Positions 44,311 to 53,593 of a DNA stretch of 64,000 bases are shown piece after piece. A model generated the notes under the pieces. That model saw nothing but the letters and a program-made list of their open reading frames with translations, was not told where the DNA came from and ran no database searches. The stretch spans positions 1,983 through 65,982 of the forward strand of contig JAFWOY010000027.1 of the NCBI GenBank assembly GCA_017509755.1, read 5' to 3'. The position numbers were made by a program, and so were the translations under genes. Every line of letters begins with the position of its first letter. Within the stretch, counting starts at the first letter, position 1. This stretch comes from Bacteroidales bacterium. Lineage in GTDB: Bacteria; Bacteroidota; Bacteroidia; Bacteroidales; UBA932.

Positions 44311-45435
44311 ATGAGAACTATCATACGGAAAGTTTGTAACCGCAAGGATTTGCGTACATTTATCACTTTTCCGGAAAAGCTTTATCAGAACTGTGCAAAT
44401 TGGGTCCCTTCCCTGATCGGAGACGAATTCGATACACTCGGCGACAAGAATCCTGCGCTTGAGTTCTGCGAACGCTCCTATTTCCTGGCCGAACGGGATG
44501 GCGAGACCGTCGGACGCATAGCTGCCATCATCAACCACAACGCCAACCGGGACTGGAAAGAAAACGTCGTCCGTTTCGGGTGGATTGATTTCATCGAAGA
44601 CCTGGAAGTTGTCCAGGCCCTGACCGATAAAGTCGCCGAATGGGGCCGGGCCCGTGGCTGTGTCAAGATCAAAGGCCCGCTTGGATTCAGTGATTTTGAC
44701 AAGGAAGGCCTGCTGGTGGAAGGATTCGAGCACCTCTCCCCTTTTACGGTCATTTACAATTATCCGTACTATGGTGGATTATTGGAAGCGGCGGGCTTCC
44801 GGAAAGATGTGGACTGGACCCAGAAACTGGTGGAAGTTCCCGATACGATTCCGCCGCAATTCCAATATACCGACCTCATCGAAAAGCGCTTCGGCCTCCA
44901 TCAGGTGACAGGCCGGTCCATGAAGGAACTCGGCAAGCGCTACGGGATGGAAATCTTCCATCTGGTCAACAAGGCATTTGCGGAGCTGTATGAATTCACG
45001 CCTTTCTCCGACAAGCAGATCGAAGGCTATGTGAAAGCCTATCTGCCCATTCTGAACAAAGATTTCATTTCAATTGTCGTGGATGCCGACGACAATGTCG
45101 CCGGCTTTGCCTTCTGCGTTCCTTCGCTCTCCAAAGCGATCCGGAAAGCGCATGGCCGCCTTTTCCCTTTCGGATTCATCCATCTCCTGAAAGCGCTCAA
45201 GAAAAACGATTCACTGGACGCCCTGATGATCGGTGTTCTGCCGGAATACCAAGGGAAAGGCGCCAGCCTATTGATTTTTAAGCAGATTCACGAGAGTTGC
45301 CTGAAATACGGCATCAAGCAGATGCTGGCCAATCCCCAATTGGAGACCAACTACAAAGTACAGTCGGTCTTCGACGACATCTACGTGACCCATGAATTCC
45401 AGCGTCGTCGCAGTTATGTGAAGAACCTGGTTTAA
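44311..45435 (+). CDS. GNAT-superfamily acyltransferase-like protein (374 aa)
   Basis: VLPEYQGKGASLLIF matches the GNAT acyl-CoA-binding motif Q/RxxGxG/A. The two-lobed length suggests a tandem GNAT-like fold. The substrate is unknown. Confidence 0.6.
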   Translation: MRTIIRKVCNRKDLRTFITFPEKLYQNCANWVPSLIGDEFDTLGDKNPALEFCERSYFLAERDGETVGRIAAIINHNANRDWKENVVRFGWIDFIEDLEVVQALTDKVAEWGRARGCVKIKGPLGFSDFDKEGLLVEGFEHLSPFTVIYNYPYYGGLLEAAGFRKDVDWTQKLVEVPDTIPPQFQYTDLIEKRFGLHQVTGRSMKELGKRYGMEIFHLVNKAFAELYEFTPFSDKQIEGYVKAYLPILNKDFISIVVDADDNVAGFAFCVPSLSKAIRKAHGRLFPFGFIHLLKALKKNDSLDALMIGVLPEYQGKGASLLIFKQIHESCLKYGIKQMLANPQLETNYKVQSVFDDIYVTHEFQRRRSYVKNLV

Positions 45436-45441
45436 GTGCTT

Positions 45442-46377
45442 ATGACACAGTTCAACCGGAAAATGAAAATGGCCGATCTCGTGGAACGCGATTTCCACCT
45501 GCTCGGCTTGCTGGCGCGTTTCGGCATCGAACAGCGCTTCGGTGACAGCAGTGTCGAGACCATCTGCCTGGAAGCTGACGTTGATGCGGACACCTTCCTG
45601 CTCTTGTGTGAGATCTATGCATCCGCCGATTTCCGTCCTACGATGGAAATGTTGCGCGCTTGCCGGATCCAGGACATCCTGCACTATCTGAATCAGTCGC
45701 ACGACTACTATGTCAACCGTTCGCTGGTCGATCTGGCCAACGCGCTGGAAGACTTGGTCGAGCCCTGCACGCCCACCCAGAAACAAGTCATCCACCGCTT
45801 TTTCGCCGATTACCGGACCGAACTGCAGCGTCATTTCGATTACGAGGAGCGAGCAGTCATCCCCTATGTGCGCAACTTGCTGGTAGGCAACCGCAACACC
45901 AGTTTTACCATCGACCGCTTTGAGGAGAATCACACACAGATCCACGAGACTCTCTCCGACCTGAAAAACCTGATCATGAAATCGCTGCCGGACGCCTGCA
46001 GCAATGAAAAACGCATCAGCGTCCTGCTTTCGATCTACAATCTGCAGCAGGATCTGGATCACCATACATGCATTGAAGACGATGTATTGGTCCCCATGGT
46101 CCGGATGCTGGAATCGCCGGGGCGTTTCACAGCGCCGTATGACAACGCCCAGCAAGATGCCCAGCGGGAAGAACTCTCCGCACGGGAGAAAGAAATCCTG
46201 GTCAGCGTGGCGCAGGGCCTGCTCAACAAAGAAATCGCAGACCGCCACAACATCTCCATCAACACGGTCATCACGCATCGCAAGAACATCACCCGCAAAA
46301 TCGGCATCAAAACGGTGGCAGGCCTGACCGCCTATGCCATCCTGAACAATCTCATCGACATCAATTCCATAGAATAA
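45442..46377 (+). CDS. LuxR-type HTH regulator with N-terminal ScdA/RIC-like di-iron (hemerythrin-like) sensor domain
   Basis: C-terminus LSAREKEILVSVAQGLLNKEIADRHNISINTVITHRKNITRKIGIK (LuxR/GerE HTH). The N-terminal part has His/Glu pairs spaced as in hemerythrin/RIC proteins (LHYLNQSH, RHFDYEERAVIPYV, NHTQIHE, DHHTCIEDDVLVPMV). Confidence 0.7.
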   Translation: MTQFNRKMKMADLVERDFHLLGLLARFGIEQRFGDSSVETICLEADVDADTFLLLCEIYASADFRPTMEMLRACRIQDILHYLNQSHDYYVNRSLVDLANALEDLVEPCTPTQKQVIHRFFADYRTELQRHFDYEERAVIPYVRNLLVGNRNTSFTIDRFEENHTQIHETLSDLKNLIMKSLPDACSNEKRISVLLSIYNLQQDLDHHTCIEDDVLVPMVRMLESPGRFTAPYDNAQQDAQREELSAREKEILVSVAQGLLNKEIADRHNISINTVITHRKNITRKIGIKTVAGLTAYAILNNLIDINSIE

Positions 46378-46383
46378 CCCGCC

Positions 46384-46935
46384 ATGAAAAAAACAACCCT
46401 CCTGCTGATGATGGTCCTCGTCATCGCATCCTGCGGCAAGAAACAGAAAGCCGCAGAACCGGCTCCGGCCCCTGAAACAGCCATTGACATGAGTCAGTAT
46501 ATTCCCTCCGTCGAGATCGGTACCCAAGCGCCCGATTTCGAAGCCCCCGACGTGCTGGGAGCTCCTGTCAAGTTGAGTGACTACCGCGGCAAGTATCTCG
46601 TGCTGGATTTCTGGGCTTCCTGGTGCAAGGATTGCCGGGCCGAAATGCCTGCCGTCAAGGAACTCTATGAAAGATTCCATCCGGAGGGCGTTGAATTCCT
46701 GGGCGTATCGTTCGATACCGACTTGCAGGCCATGATTGATTACGGCATCGAAGCCGATATCCCCTGGATGGTGGTCTGCAACCAGATTAAAATGAAAGAG
46801 AATCCAATTTCGGCCGCGTACGGCCTCCATTGGATTCCCACGATGTTTCTCATCTGCCCGGAGGGCAACTTGCTCGGCTACGCCTTCACGGCGGAAGAAA
46901 TGGAGAAGCTGCTCGTCGAGAAGATCAAACGCTAG
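46384..46935 (+). CDS. TlpA/ResA-like thiol-disulfide oxidoreductase (lipoprotein)
   Basis: Lipobox VIASC. Thioredoxin fold with active site WASWCKDC. Confidence 0.8.
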   Translation: MKKTTLLLMMVLVIASCGKKQKAAEPAPAPETAIDMSQYIPSVEIGTQAPDFEAPDVLGAPVKLSDYRGKYLVLDFWASWCKDCRAEMPAVKELYERFHPEGVEFLGVSFDTDLQAMIDYGIEADIPWMVVCNQIKMKENPISAAYGLHWIPTMFLICPEGNLLGYAFTAEEMEKLLVEKIKR

Positions 46936-47921
46936 ACCATATTTTCCATCGCCCAGGCATTGACCTGGTTCCTGTCCACAATAGGTCTGAGTGCCAGTTC
47001 GGCAGTCGGACCTATTCTTTTGCGAAGTACTTCCATCTCACGCAAACGGTCTGAATTAACCCTGTCGCGGATGGGATCCATCCCGGCCTCTTTCAGGATG
47101 AGATTGCTGCGGGCCGCGATGGAGAGTTCCAGGTAATTCTGGATGTAGCAATACATGTCAAAGAAGGTTTCAGGCTCGAAACGTTCCTTGAGGGTAAGCA
47201 GGTACTCCCCCGCGCGGGTCGTAGTGAATTCTCCCCGGTTCAATGCACCCAGCAGACCGATCTCGTTGTTGATGCCGGCATCCAGCCAGTCATGGACGAA
47301 CTTGCTGTTCTTCTTGAAGAGCGAGCGCTTGCTCAGCACGAAATAGATGATCAGCAAGAGGGTCAGCAGGAGCGGGTTGATCGGTTCCAGGGCATGGATG
47401 TAATGGATCAGGTATGCCGCCAGGAAGGCCGCCACGCTGCCAATGGTTTTGGCGCGCATCGAAGCGCCGAATTTGCCTTGATGAACCATGATCAAAGCCA
47501 TAGCGAGCGTCGAGGTACAGCCGATATGCATCACGGCCGCCTCGAAACCCAGAAAGATGGTATGCAGTACATTCGCTCCGCCGTGGGCCGCCAGTTCCAC
47601 GATATTCGAGACCATTCCGAAACCGGCGCCGATCGCGGAACCGTAAATGGTTGCATCCCCGAGAAGGCCCACCTTCCGCCGGGCAATCAGGAGATAGACA
47701 ATGGCGCCCTTGCAGCTCTCTTCGATAATCGAAACAAGCAAGCGGTTGGACCCGATGGCCGGAATCCGGCAAATCAGCCAGGAAACGCCGAACATCACCA
47801 TACCCGCAATGACAGAGGTCAACAGCAGGGACCACTTCGTCAATGAGAAGGAATCCATCACCAACAGGAAGATGATGAACAGGGCCAGCGGAACGGCGGA
47901 GAGAATATAGAGCCAGATCAT
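46932..47921 (-). CDS. PrsW-family intramembrane protease-like protein
   Basis: Polytopic membrane protein with IIEESCKG (ExxK-type motif, EExxK) and conserved His residues in later TM helices. The C-terminal cytoplasmic extension is about 110 aa. Confidence 0.5.
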   Translation of the reverse strand: MIWLYILSAVPLALFIIFLLVMDSFSLTKWSLLLTSVIAGMVMFGVSWLICRIPAIGSNRLLVSIIEESCKGAIVYLLIARRKVGLLGDATIYGSAIGAGFGMVSNIVELAAHGGANVLHTIFLGFEAAVMHIGCTSTLAMALIMVHQGKFGASMRAKTIGSVAAFLAAYLIHYIHALEPINPLLLTLLLIIYFVLSKRSLFKKNSKFVHDWLDAGINNEIGLLGALNRGEFTTTRAGEYLLTLKERFEPETFFDMYCYIQNYLELSIAARSNLILKEAGMDPIRDRVNSDRLREMEVLRKRIGPTAELALRPIVDRNQVNAWAMENMV

Positions 47922-47923
47922 AG

Positions 47924-48553
47924 TTACTTGGTACCGAAAATCCGGTCGCCGGCATCACCGAGACCCGGAAGGATGTATGCATCGCTGTTGAGTTCTTCGT
48001 CGAGGGCAGCGACGTAGATATCCACGTCCGGATGCTCTTTCTGAAGTTTCTTGACACCCTCGGGCGCAGCCACCAGGCACATCAGCCGGATGTGGGTGCA
48101 GCCCAGGTTCTTCAGCATCGTGATGGCATCGGAGGCGCTGCCGCCGGTAGCCAGCATCGGATCGGTCACGATCACCAGGCGCTGGTCGATGTCAAACGGC
48201 ATCTTGCAATAGTACGACACCGGTTCATGCGTTGTCTCGTCGCGATAGAGGCCGATATGGCCGACTTTCGCGACAGGCAGCAACGTCAACAGGCCGTCCA
48301 CCATGCCGAGACCGGCCCGGAGAATCGGAACGATGGCCAGTTTCTTGCCCGAAATGGTACGGGCGGTCATCTTCTTCATCGGGGTTTCAATCTCGATATT
48401 TTCCAACGGGAGGTCCCGGGTAATCTCGTAACCCATCAGGAGGGAAATCTCCTTCAGCAATTCGCGGAAATCCTTGGAACCGGTGTGGACGTCGCGCATG
48501 ATGCTCAGCTTGTGCTGCACCATCGGGTGGTCAATGATATGAAGTCTACTCAT
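47924..48553 (-). CDS. upp: Uracil phosphoribosyltransferase
   Basis: 209 aa. PRPP-binding loop [14 protein letters not shown], and the typical Upp ending [17 protein letters not shown]. Confidence 0.9.
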   Translation of the reverse strand: MSRLHIIDHPMVQHKLSIMRDVHTGSKDFRELLKEISLLMGYEITRDLPLENIEIETPMKKMTARTISGKKLAIVPILRAGLGMVDGLLTLLPVAKVGHIGLYRDETTHEPVSYYCKMPFDIDQRLVIVTDPMLATGGSASDAITMLKNLGCTHIRLMCLVAAPEGVKKLQKEHPDVDIYVAALDEELNSDAYILPGLGDAGDRIFGTK

Positions 48554-48570
48554 AATAATATAGCGGTTGG

Positions 48571-51390
48571 TTACTTGGTTTCTCCGTACATGATCACGCG
48601 GGTCTGGTTCCGCTGCTTCAGGATATTGTCGATGGCTTTGCGCACATCCTCAGTCGTGATGGAATCCAGGACCTTCTCGTAGTCAGTCACTTCATCGATG
48701 CCGTACTTCTTCCAGAAGTACATCTCACCCGACCAGTAACCATTCTGGCGAAGGTTTTCCTGATAGGTCTTGTGCATGTAATCCTTCACTTTCTTCATAT
48801 TGGCCTCCGAAGGACCGTTCTGGACAAATTCGCCGAGCAGTTCCTCGATGCGGGCGTTCAGGCGCTCGTAGGCTTCGGGGCTGGTCTGATAGATGATCTG
48901 CAGGTAGGCGTCGGTTTCCTTGGGACGCTGGTTCAGGCCGCCGGCCGTGCTCACGCCGTACGTACCGCCTTCCTTCTCGCGAATTTCCTCGGTGTAAATG
49001 ATATCGAGGACCTGGTGTGCGATATCGAGGGCCAAGTCGTTCTTCAGGTCATTCTTGCCCTTCCCGGTTTCCATATAGACCACGACGGCCATCGGAACTT
49101 CCATATCCTTGGCGAATACCTTGTCCTGCATACCCTTGGTGAAGTTCATGCCCACCTCGCGGGCTTTTTCCTTCTTGCCCTGGGCAGGCAGTGAACCGAT
49201 ATACTGGGCGATCAGCGGCAGCATTGTCTCCTCATCGACGGCACCGGTGAAAAGGAAGGTGAAGTCGGCAGCATTGGCGAAACGCTCTTTCGCGATCTGC
49301 ATGATACGGGCGTAGTCCACTTTGTCAACATCAGCAGCCTTCATCACCATCGCGCGCGGATTGTTGTTGTAGAGCGCACGGCTCAAGGTATCCTGCAGGG
49401 CGGTCATCGGCTGTTTCTCGGCGTTGAGCAACTGGGCGCGCGTCTTGTTCTGCCAAGACTTGAAAGCGTCCTCATCTGTGCGATGGGCCGTGAAGTACAG
49501 GTAAACCAGCTGAAGCATCGTCTCGAAGTCCTTCGGAGTAGAATTGCCTCTCATGCCTTCCTCGTACAGGTTGATGTAAGGGTTGACACCCACCTGTTTG
49601 CCGGCGAGAGCCTTGGTCAGGGCCGTGGAGCTGAAGTTGCCCACGCCGCCTTCTTTGAACAAACTGACGTTATTGAGGCTGAGGGCTTCACTTTCCGGAT
49701 AGAGCGACATGCCGCCTTCGCTGAAGGCGCGCAGGACGATCTGGTCCTTATTGAAATCGGTGGGCTTCACATAGACGGTAGCACCGTTGGAGAGCTTGTA
49801 CATCGTATAACCGAACTTGTCAGCCTTGGTCTTGACAATCTTGCCCCCGGTCGGAATCTGGGCCAGCAACGGTTCATTGGAGACTTCTTCCTGATAGGGT
49901 TCGATATTCTCCGCAGCCACGTCAGCGAGCATTTTCTTCATTTCGTCCACAGTGGGATAGGACACGCCTTCCTTCTCAGGAAGCATGCAGGCCACCACGA
50001 GGTTCTTGCCTTCTTCCACGAGCTGGCCGAACAACTGGTTGATCACTTCGACCGGAATGTTCGGGCAAAGCTGCTGGGAGAGCGCGTATTCATTTTCGAT
50101 GCCCATGATGGGTTCGGCATCGATGAAGTGGCGAACATATTCCGAGCAATAGCTGGCACTGTTCTTCTTCTCGCGGGCATTGTATTGCGATTCGACCTGG
50201 CTCATGTATTCGGAACGGGCACGCTCATATTCGCTGGCCGTGAACCCGCCGCGCTTGGCACGCAGGATCTCGCGCCAGACCGTGGCGACGGCGTTCTTCA
50301 ACTGGTCTTCGCCGCTGACAATGATACCCATATAGGATTTCTTGGTCTTCGCCAGGAAGAAATTCTCATCCGAGCCGAACTGGGCCATCATGAACGGCGG
50401 TTCAGGAAGCTGCGTAAACTCTTTCAGGCGCTCGTTCAGCATCATCGAGGTCATGCCCATCGCGTACTGGTACACCAGGTAGTTCATGTCGCCCTTCATC
50501 TCCATGGGATAAGCGTCATGTTTCCAGAAGAGGAAGGTCTGGGCATACGGGAACTCCTTGTCGGCCGCCATGCTCACGATGGTCTCATCGTTGTCTTCGA
50601 CCTGCACATAGTAGCGCTCGGCCGGATTGACGGGCGTGGCGATCGTGCCGAAAATGTCCTTGATCTTGGCTTCCACTTCGTTCACGTCGATGTCACCGAC
50701 CACTACGATACCCTGGTTGTCCGGACGATACCATTTTTCATAGTAGTCGCGAAGCACTTGATAGGGGAAGTTGTCCACAACCTCCATCAGGCCGATCGGC
50801 AGGCGCTCGCCGTACTTATTGTGATTCGGATAGATCTCAGGCAGGATCTTCTCATAGATACGCATCTGGGCGTTCTGGCGGCTGCGCCATTCCTCATGGA
50901 TCACGCCGCGCTCCCCGTCTATGTCTGCCGGATTGAGCAGCAGGCCGTCAGCCCAGTCGTGCAGGATCCAGAGGCAGGAATCAATCGCACTCGGGACCTT
51001 GCCCACAGGTACGTTGTCGATGTTATAGACCGTTTCGTCGATGCTGGTATAAGCGTTCAGGTCGGCACCGAATTTCACGCCGATCGACTCGCAGTATTTC
51101 ACCACGCCATTGCCCGGGAAGTGTTCCGTACCATTGAAGCACATGTGTTCCAGGAAGTGCGCCAGGCCGCGCTGGGACTCATCCTCCAGGATGGAACCCA
51201 CCTTCTGGGCGATATAGAAATTTGCCTGTCCTTTCGGCTCTTCGTTGTGCCGGATGTAATAGGTCAGGCCATTGTCGAGTTTGCCGATTTTCACGTTGGG
51301 ATCCACGGGAATCGGCGGCATCTGCTGGGCAGAGGCCACGACGCCCAGGCCAAAGCCCAGTGCGACGATGAAAGAAAAGATTCGTTTCAT
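48571..51390 (-). CDS. M16 family (pitrilysin/insulinase-like) zinc peptidase, fused two-unit form
   Basis: Signal peptide. Inverted zinc motif [11 protein letters not shown] (HxxEH). 939 aa, consistent with active + inactive M16 halves in one chain. Confidence 0.85.
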   Translation of the reverse strand: MKRIFSFIVALGFGLGVVASAQQMPPIPVDPNVKIGKLDNGLTYYIRHNEEPKGQANFYIAQKVGSILEDESQRGLAHFLEHMCFNGTEHFPGNGVVKYCESIGVKFGADLNAYTSIDETVYNIDNVPVGKVPSAIDSCLWILHDWADGLLLNPADIDGERGVIHEEWRSRQNAQMRIYEKILPEIYPNHNKYGERLPIGLMEVVDNFPYQVLRDYYEKWYRPDNQGIVVVGDIDVNEVEAKIKDIFGTIATPVNPAERYYVQVEDNDETIVSMAADKEFPYAQTFLFWKHDAYPMEMKGDMNYLVYQYAMGMTSMMLNERLKEFTQLPEPPFMMAQFGSDENFFLAKTKKSYMGIIVSGEDQLKNAVATVWREILRAKRGGFTASEYERARSEYMSQVESQYNAREKKNSASYCSEYVRHFIDAEPIMGIENEYALSQQLCPNIPVEVINQLFGQLVEEGKNLVVACMLPEKEGVSYPTVDEMKKMLADVAAENIEPYQEEVSNEPLLAQIPTGGKIVKTKADKFGYTMYKLSNGATVYVKPTDFNKDQIVLRAFSEGGMSLYPESEALSLNNVSLFKEGGVGNFSSTALTKALAGKQVGVNPYINLYEEGMRGNSTPKDFETMLQLVYLYFTAHRTDEDAFKSWQNKTRAQLLNAEKQPMTALQDTLSRALYNNNPRAMVMKAADVDKVDYARIMQIAKERFANAADFTFLFTGAVDEETMLPLIAQYIGSLPAQGKKEKAREVGMNFTKGMQDKVFAKDMEVPMAVVVYMETGKGKNDLKNDLALDIAHQVLDIIYTEEIREKEGGTYGVSTAGGLNQRPKETDAYLQIIYQTSPEAYERLNARIEELLGEFVQNGPSEANMKKVKDYMHKTYQENLRQNGYWSGEMYFWKKYGIDEVTDYEKVLDSITTEDVRKAIDNILKQRNQTRVIMYGETK

Positions 51391-51473
51391 ACGATGAATG
51401 TTGATTTATAATAATACACGTTTTCTATTCTTGCTTCGGTTTATCCATCCTGCAAATGTAATCAAATAAACGT

Positions 51474-51481
51474 TATCTTTG
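51474..51481 (+). promoter_or_regulatory. Candidate -7 element TATCTTTG for the ThrE-family gene
   Basis: TAnnTTTG match 36 nt upstream of ATG 51518. The divergent M16 gene has CAAATGTA (51453-51460) on the other strand. Confidence 0.35.
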
Positions 51482-51517
51482 CAGTTCGAAGCCTGAATTT
51501 ACTGATTAGACGCATCC

Positions 51518-52789
51518 ATGTCCGAAATACTACAGAGTCCGGAAGAATTGTTGGAGGAACGCCACGCCGAAGCACTCGCCATAGCCTCGGAAGCGGGACA
51601 TATCCTGCTGGAAAACGGTGCGGAAATTTCCCGCGTCGAGGAGACGATGGAGCGCATCGCCTCTCACTACGGGGTGGATAAGAAAAGTTTTTTCGTACTG
51701 AGCAACGGTATTTTCACCACCAGCAGCTTCAACAAATATGCGAACGTGGAGTTCATCCCCTTCAAAGGCACGCAACTCGACAAAGTCGTGGCCGTCAACC
51801 AGCTTTCCCGAGACATCGTCTCCGGGAAATACACCCTGGAGGAAGCCCGTGCCAAATTGAAGGAAATCCGCACGATGCGTCCCCACCCCTACTGGGAGCA
51901 GATCCTGGCTTCCGCGCTGGGAAGTGCCGGATTCTGCATCGTCTTCGGAGGCGGGTTGCTCGATTGCGCCGCATCTTTCGTCTGCGGCATCCTGCTCTGG
52001 CTCTTCGTACTCTATGTCACTGCACCGCACATGTCCAAGATCGTGGGCAATATCGTCGGCGGCTTCTTCGTCACGGCCCTGTGCATCATATTCCATCGCA
52101 TCGGCTTCGGCCATAGCCTGCCCAACATGATTATCGGTGCGATCATCCCCCTGATTCCGGGAGTTCCGTTTGTCAATGGTGTCCGAGACGTCGCCAATGA
52201 AGATTATATTGCCGGCGCCACGCGTCTTCTCGACGCGCTCCTGGTCTTTTTCTGCATCGCAGCCGGCGTCGCGCTGGCTTTCGTCTGCGACGGATTGATT
52301 TTCGGCAAATTGATTGTACTCAAAGGGATGACTGTCGATCCGGTCACTTTTGCGATGCCTATCCAGATCGTGGCCTCTTTCATCGGAACGGCCGCCTTTG
52401 CCGTCCTGTTCGGCGTCCCGCGCAAGTACTATTTCCTGTGCGGTGTCTGCGGCGTCCTGGGCTGGATTCTCTATATGATCCTGGCGCGCTATGCCGGCTT
52501 CACGCCTCCGGCCGCCACGGTCTTCGCTACGATGCTCGTAGTCTTGTCAGCCCGCTACTTCTCGGTCCTGGACCGCTGTCCCGCCATCGTATTCCTCCTC
52601 TGCGGCATCTTCCCGCTGGTCCCCGGTGCCGGCGTCTTCTGGACATCCTACTATGTGGTTTCCGACCAACTCAGGCTGGCGCTCAGCAGCGGCTTCATGG
52701 CCGTCAAAGTCACCATCGCCATCGTCCTGGGCATCATCCTGATCAGCGAACTCCCCAACCGGATGTTCTCCTGCAGACGTCATGCCTGA
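51518..52789 (+). CDS. Threonine/serine exporter (ThrE) family membrane protein
   Basis: The N-terminal soluble + TM half (HILLENGAEISRVEETMERIA) is typical of ThrE/DUF1212, followed by a second 5-TM half (ThrE_2-like). Confidence 0.7.
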   Translation: MSEILQSPEELLEERHAEALAIASEAGHILLENGAEISRVEETMERIASHYGVDKKSFFVLSNGIFTTSSFNKYANVEFIPFKGTQLDKVVAVNQLSRDIVSGKYTLEEARAKLKEIRTMRPHPYWEQILASALGSAGFCIVFGGGLLDCAASFVCGILLWLFVLYVTAPHMSKIVGNIVGGFFVTALCIIFHRIGFGHSLPNMIIGAIIPLIPGVPFVNGVRDVANEDYIAGATRLLDALLVFFCIAAGVALAFVCDGLIFGKLIVLKGMTVDPVTFAMPIQIVASFIGTAAFAVLFGVPRKYYFLCGVCGVLGWILYMILARYAGFTPPAATVFATMLVVLSARYFSVLDRCPAIVFLLCGIFPLVPGAGVFWTSYYVVSDQLRLALSSGFMAVKVTIAIVLGIILISELPNRMFSCRRHA

Positions 52790-53219
52790 CCTCGGAGCCT
52801 GGGGCCTGTGGGGCCTCTTCCTCGGCACCTTCCTGGCCGCGACCGTCGTGCCCTTCAGCTCCGACGTCCTTTACGTGGCTATGCTTCAAATGACCTCCTC
52901 CCCCTGGGCATGCCTCGCTGTCGCCACAGCCGGCAACTGGCTCGGTTCCCTCTCTTCCTTCGGCCTGGGCTGGCTCGGCAAATGGGAATGGCTCGAAAAA
53001 TGGTTCAAAGTTGACCGCGCCAAACTCGAGAAGCAAAAGGGTTACGTGGACCGCTACGGTGTCTGGCTTGCCCTCGTCAGCTGGCTTCCCTTCGTCGGCG
53101 ACCTCTTCTCTATCGCCCTCGGCTTCTACCGCACCAATCCCTGGCTCACCGCCCTGCTCATGCTGGCCGGCAAGTTCCTCCGGTTCCTGTTCTGGAACCT
53201 CCTGCTGGGGGCGTTTTGA
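52782..53219 (+). CDS. YqaA/DedA-related small membrane protein
   Basis: 145 aa with 4 TM helices. FLAATVVPFSSDVLYVAML and VDRYGVWLALVSWLPFVGDLFSIALG fit the YqaA (SNARE-associated-like) pattern. 8-nt overlap with the upstream gene. Confidence 0.6.
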   Translation: MPDLGAWGLWGLFLGTFLAATVVPFSSDVLYVAMLQMTSSPWACLAVATAGNWLGSLSSFGLGWLGKWEWLEKWFKVDRAKLEKQKGYVDRYGVWLALVSWLPFVGDLFSIALGFYRTNPWLTALLMLAGKFLRFLFWNLLLGAF

Positions 53220-53328
53220 TAATTCGTCTATCGACATGTTGCCTTGAATCGGAATTTATTGCAAATTACCAGTAAATTCCGACAAGTTCAGATACAGACC
53301 GGACGGGCGAAGGACGATGTTATTTTAC

Positions 53329-53449
53329 ACAATGGACACAGAATGCGTCTCCCCCACCAAATTCGCATTCTGTGTCCGCAAAACTTCGAAAACCGCCCCA
53401 TTCCCGGCCACAGAATGAACATTCCTGCCCAAAAACGCATTCTGTGGCC
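53329..53449. repeat. Repeat R1, copy A: two consecutive hairpins built on GGACACAGAATG
   Basis: Hairpin 1 is 53334-53347/53364-53377 (14 bp, perfect). Hairpin 2 is 53406-53417/53438-53449 (12 bp, perfect). About 85% identical by eye to copy B at 58952-59072. Confidence 0.85.
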
Positions 53450-53593
53450 ATTCTTCTTCTGGCTTAGCTAGATTTCGCCACCTTCATTCATTTCATCATT
53501 CGGATCGGAAACGGTGAGGAGAGAAGTCATTGACCTAAGTTCTATTGATTCGGTTTGAGGAGTTGTGTATTGATTTTTCATTTTCTTACGTAG

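Noticed and set aside
53244-53471. 75-aa ORF across repeat R1 copy A (and ORFs 58878-59099 / 59038-59301 across copy B).
   Set aside because: Similarity between the copies is at the nucleotide and hairpin level, with a compensatory stem change and indels that break any common reading frame.
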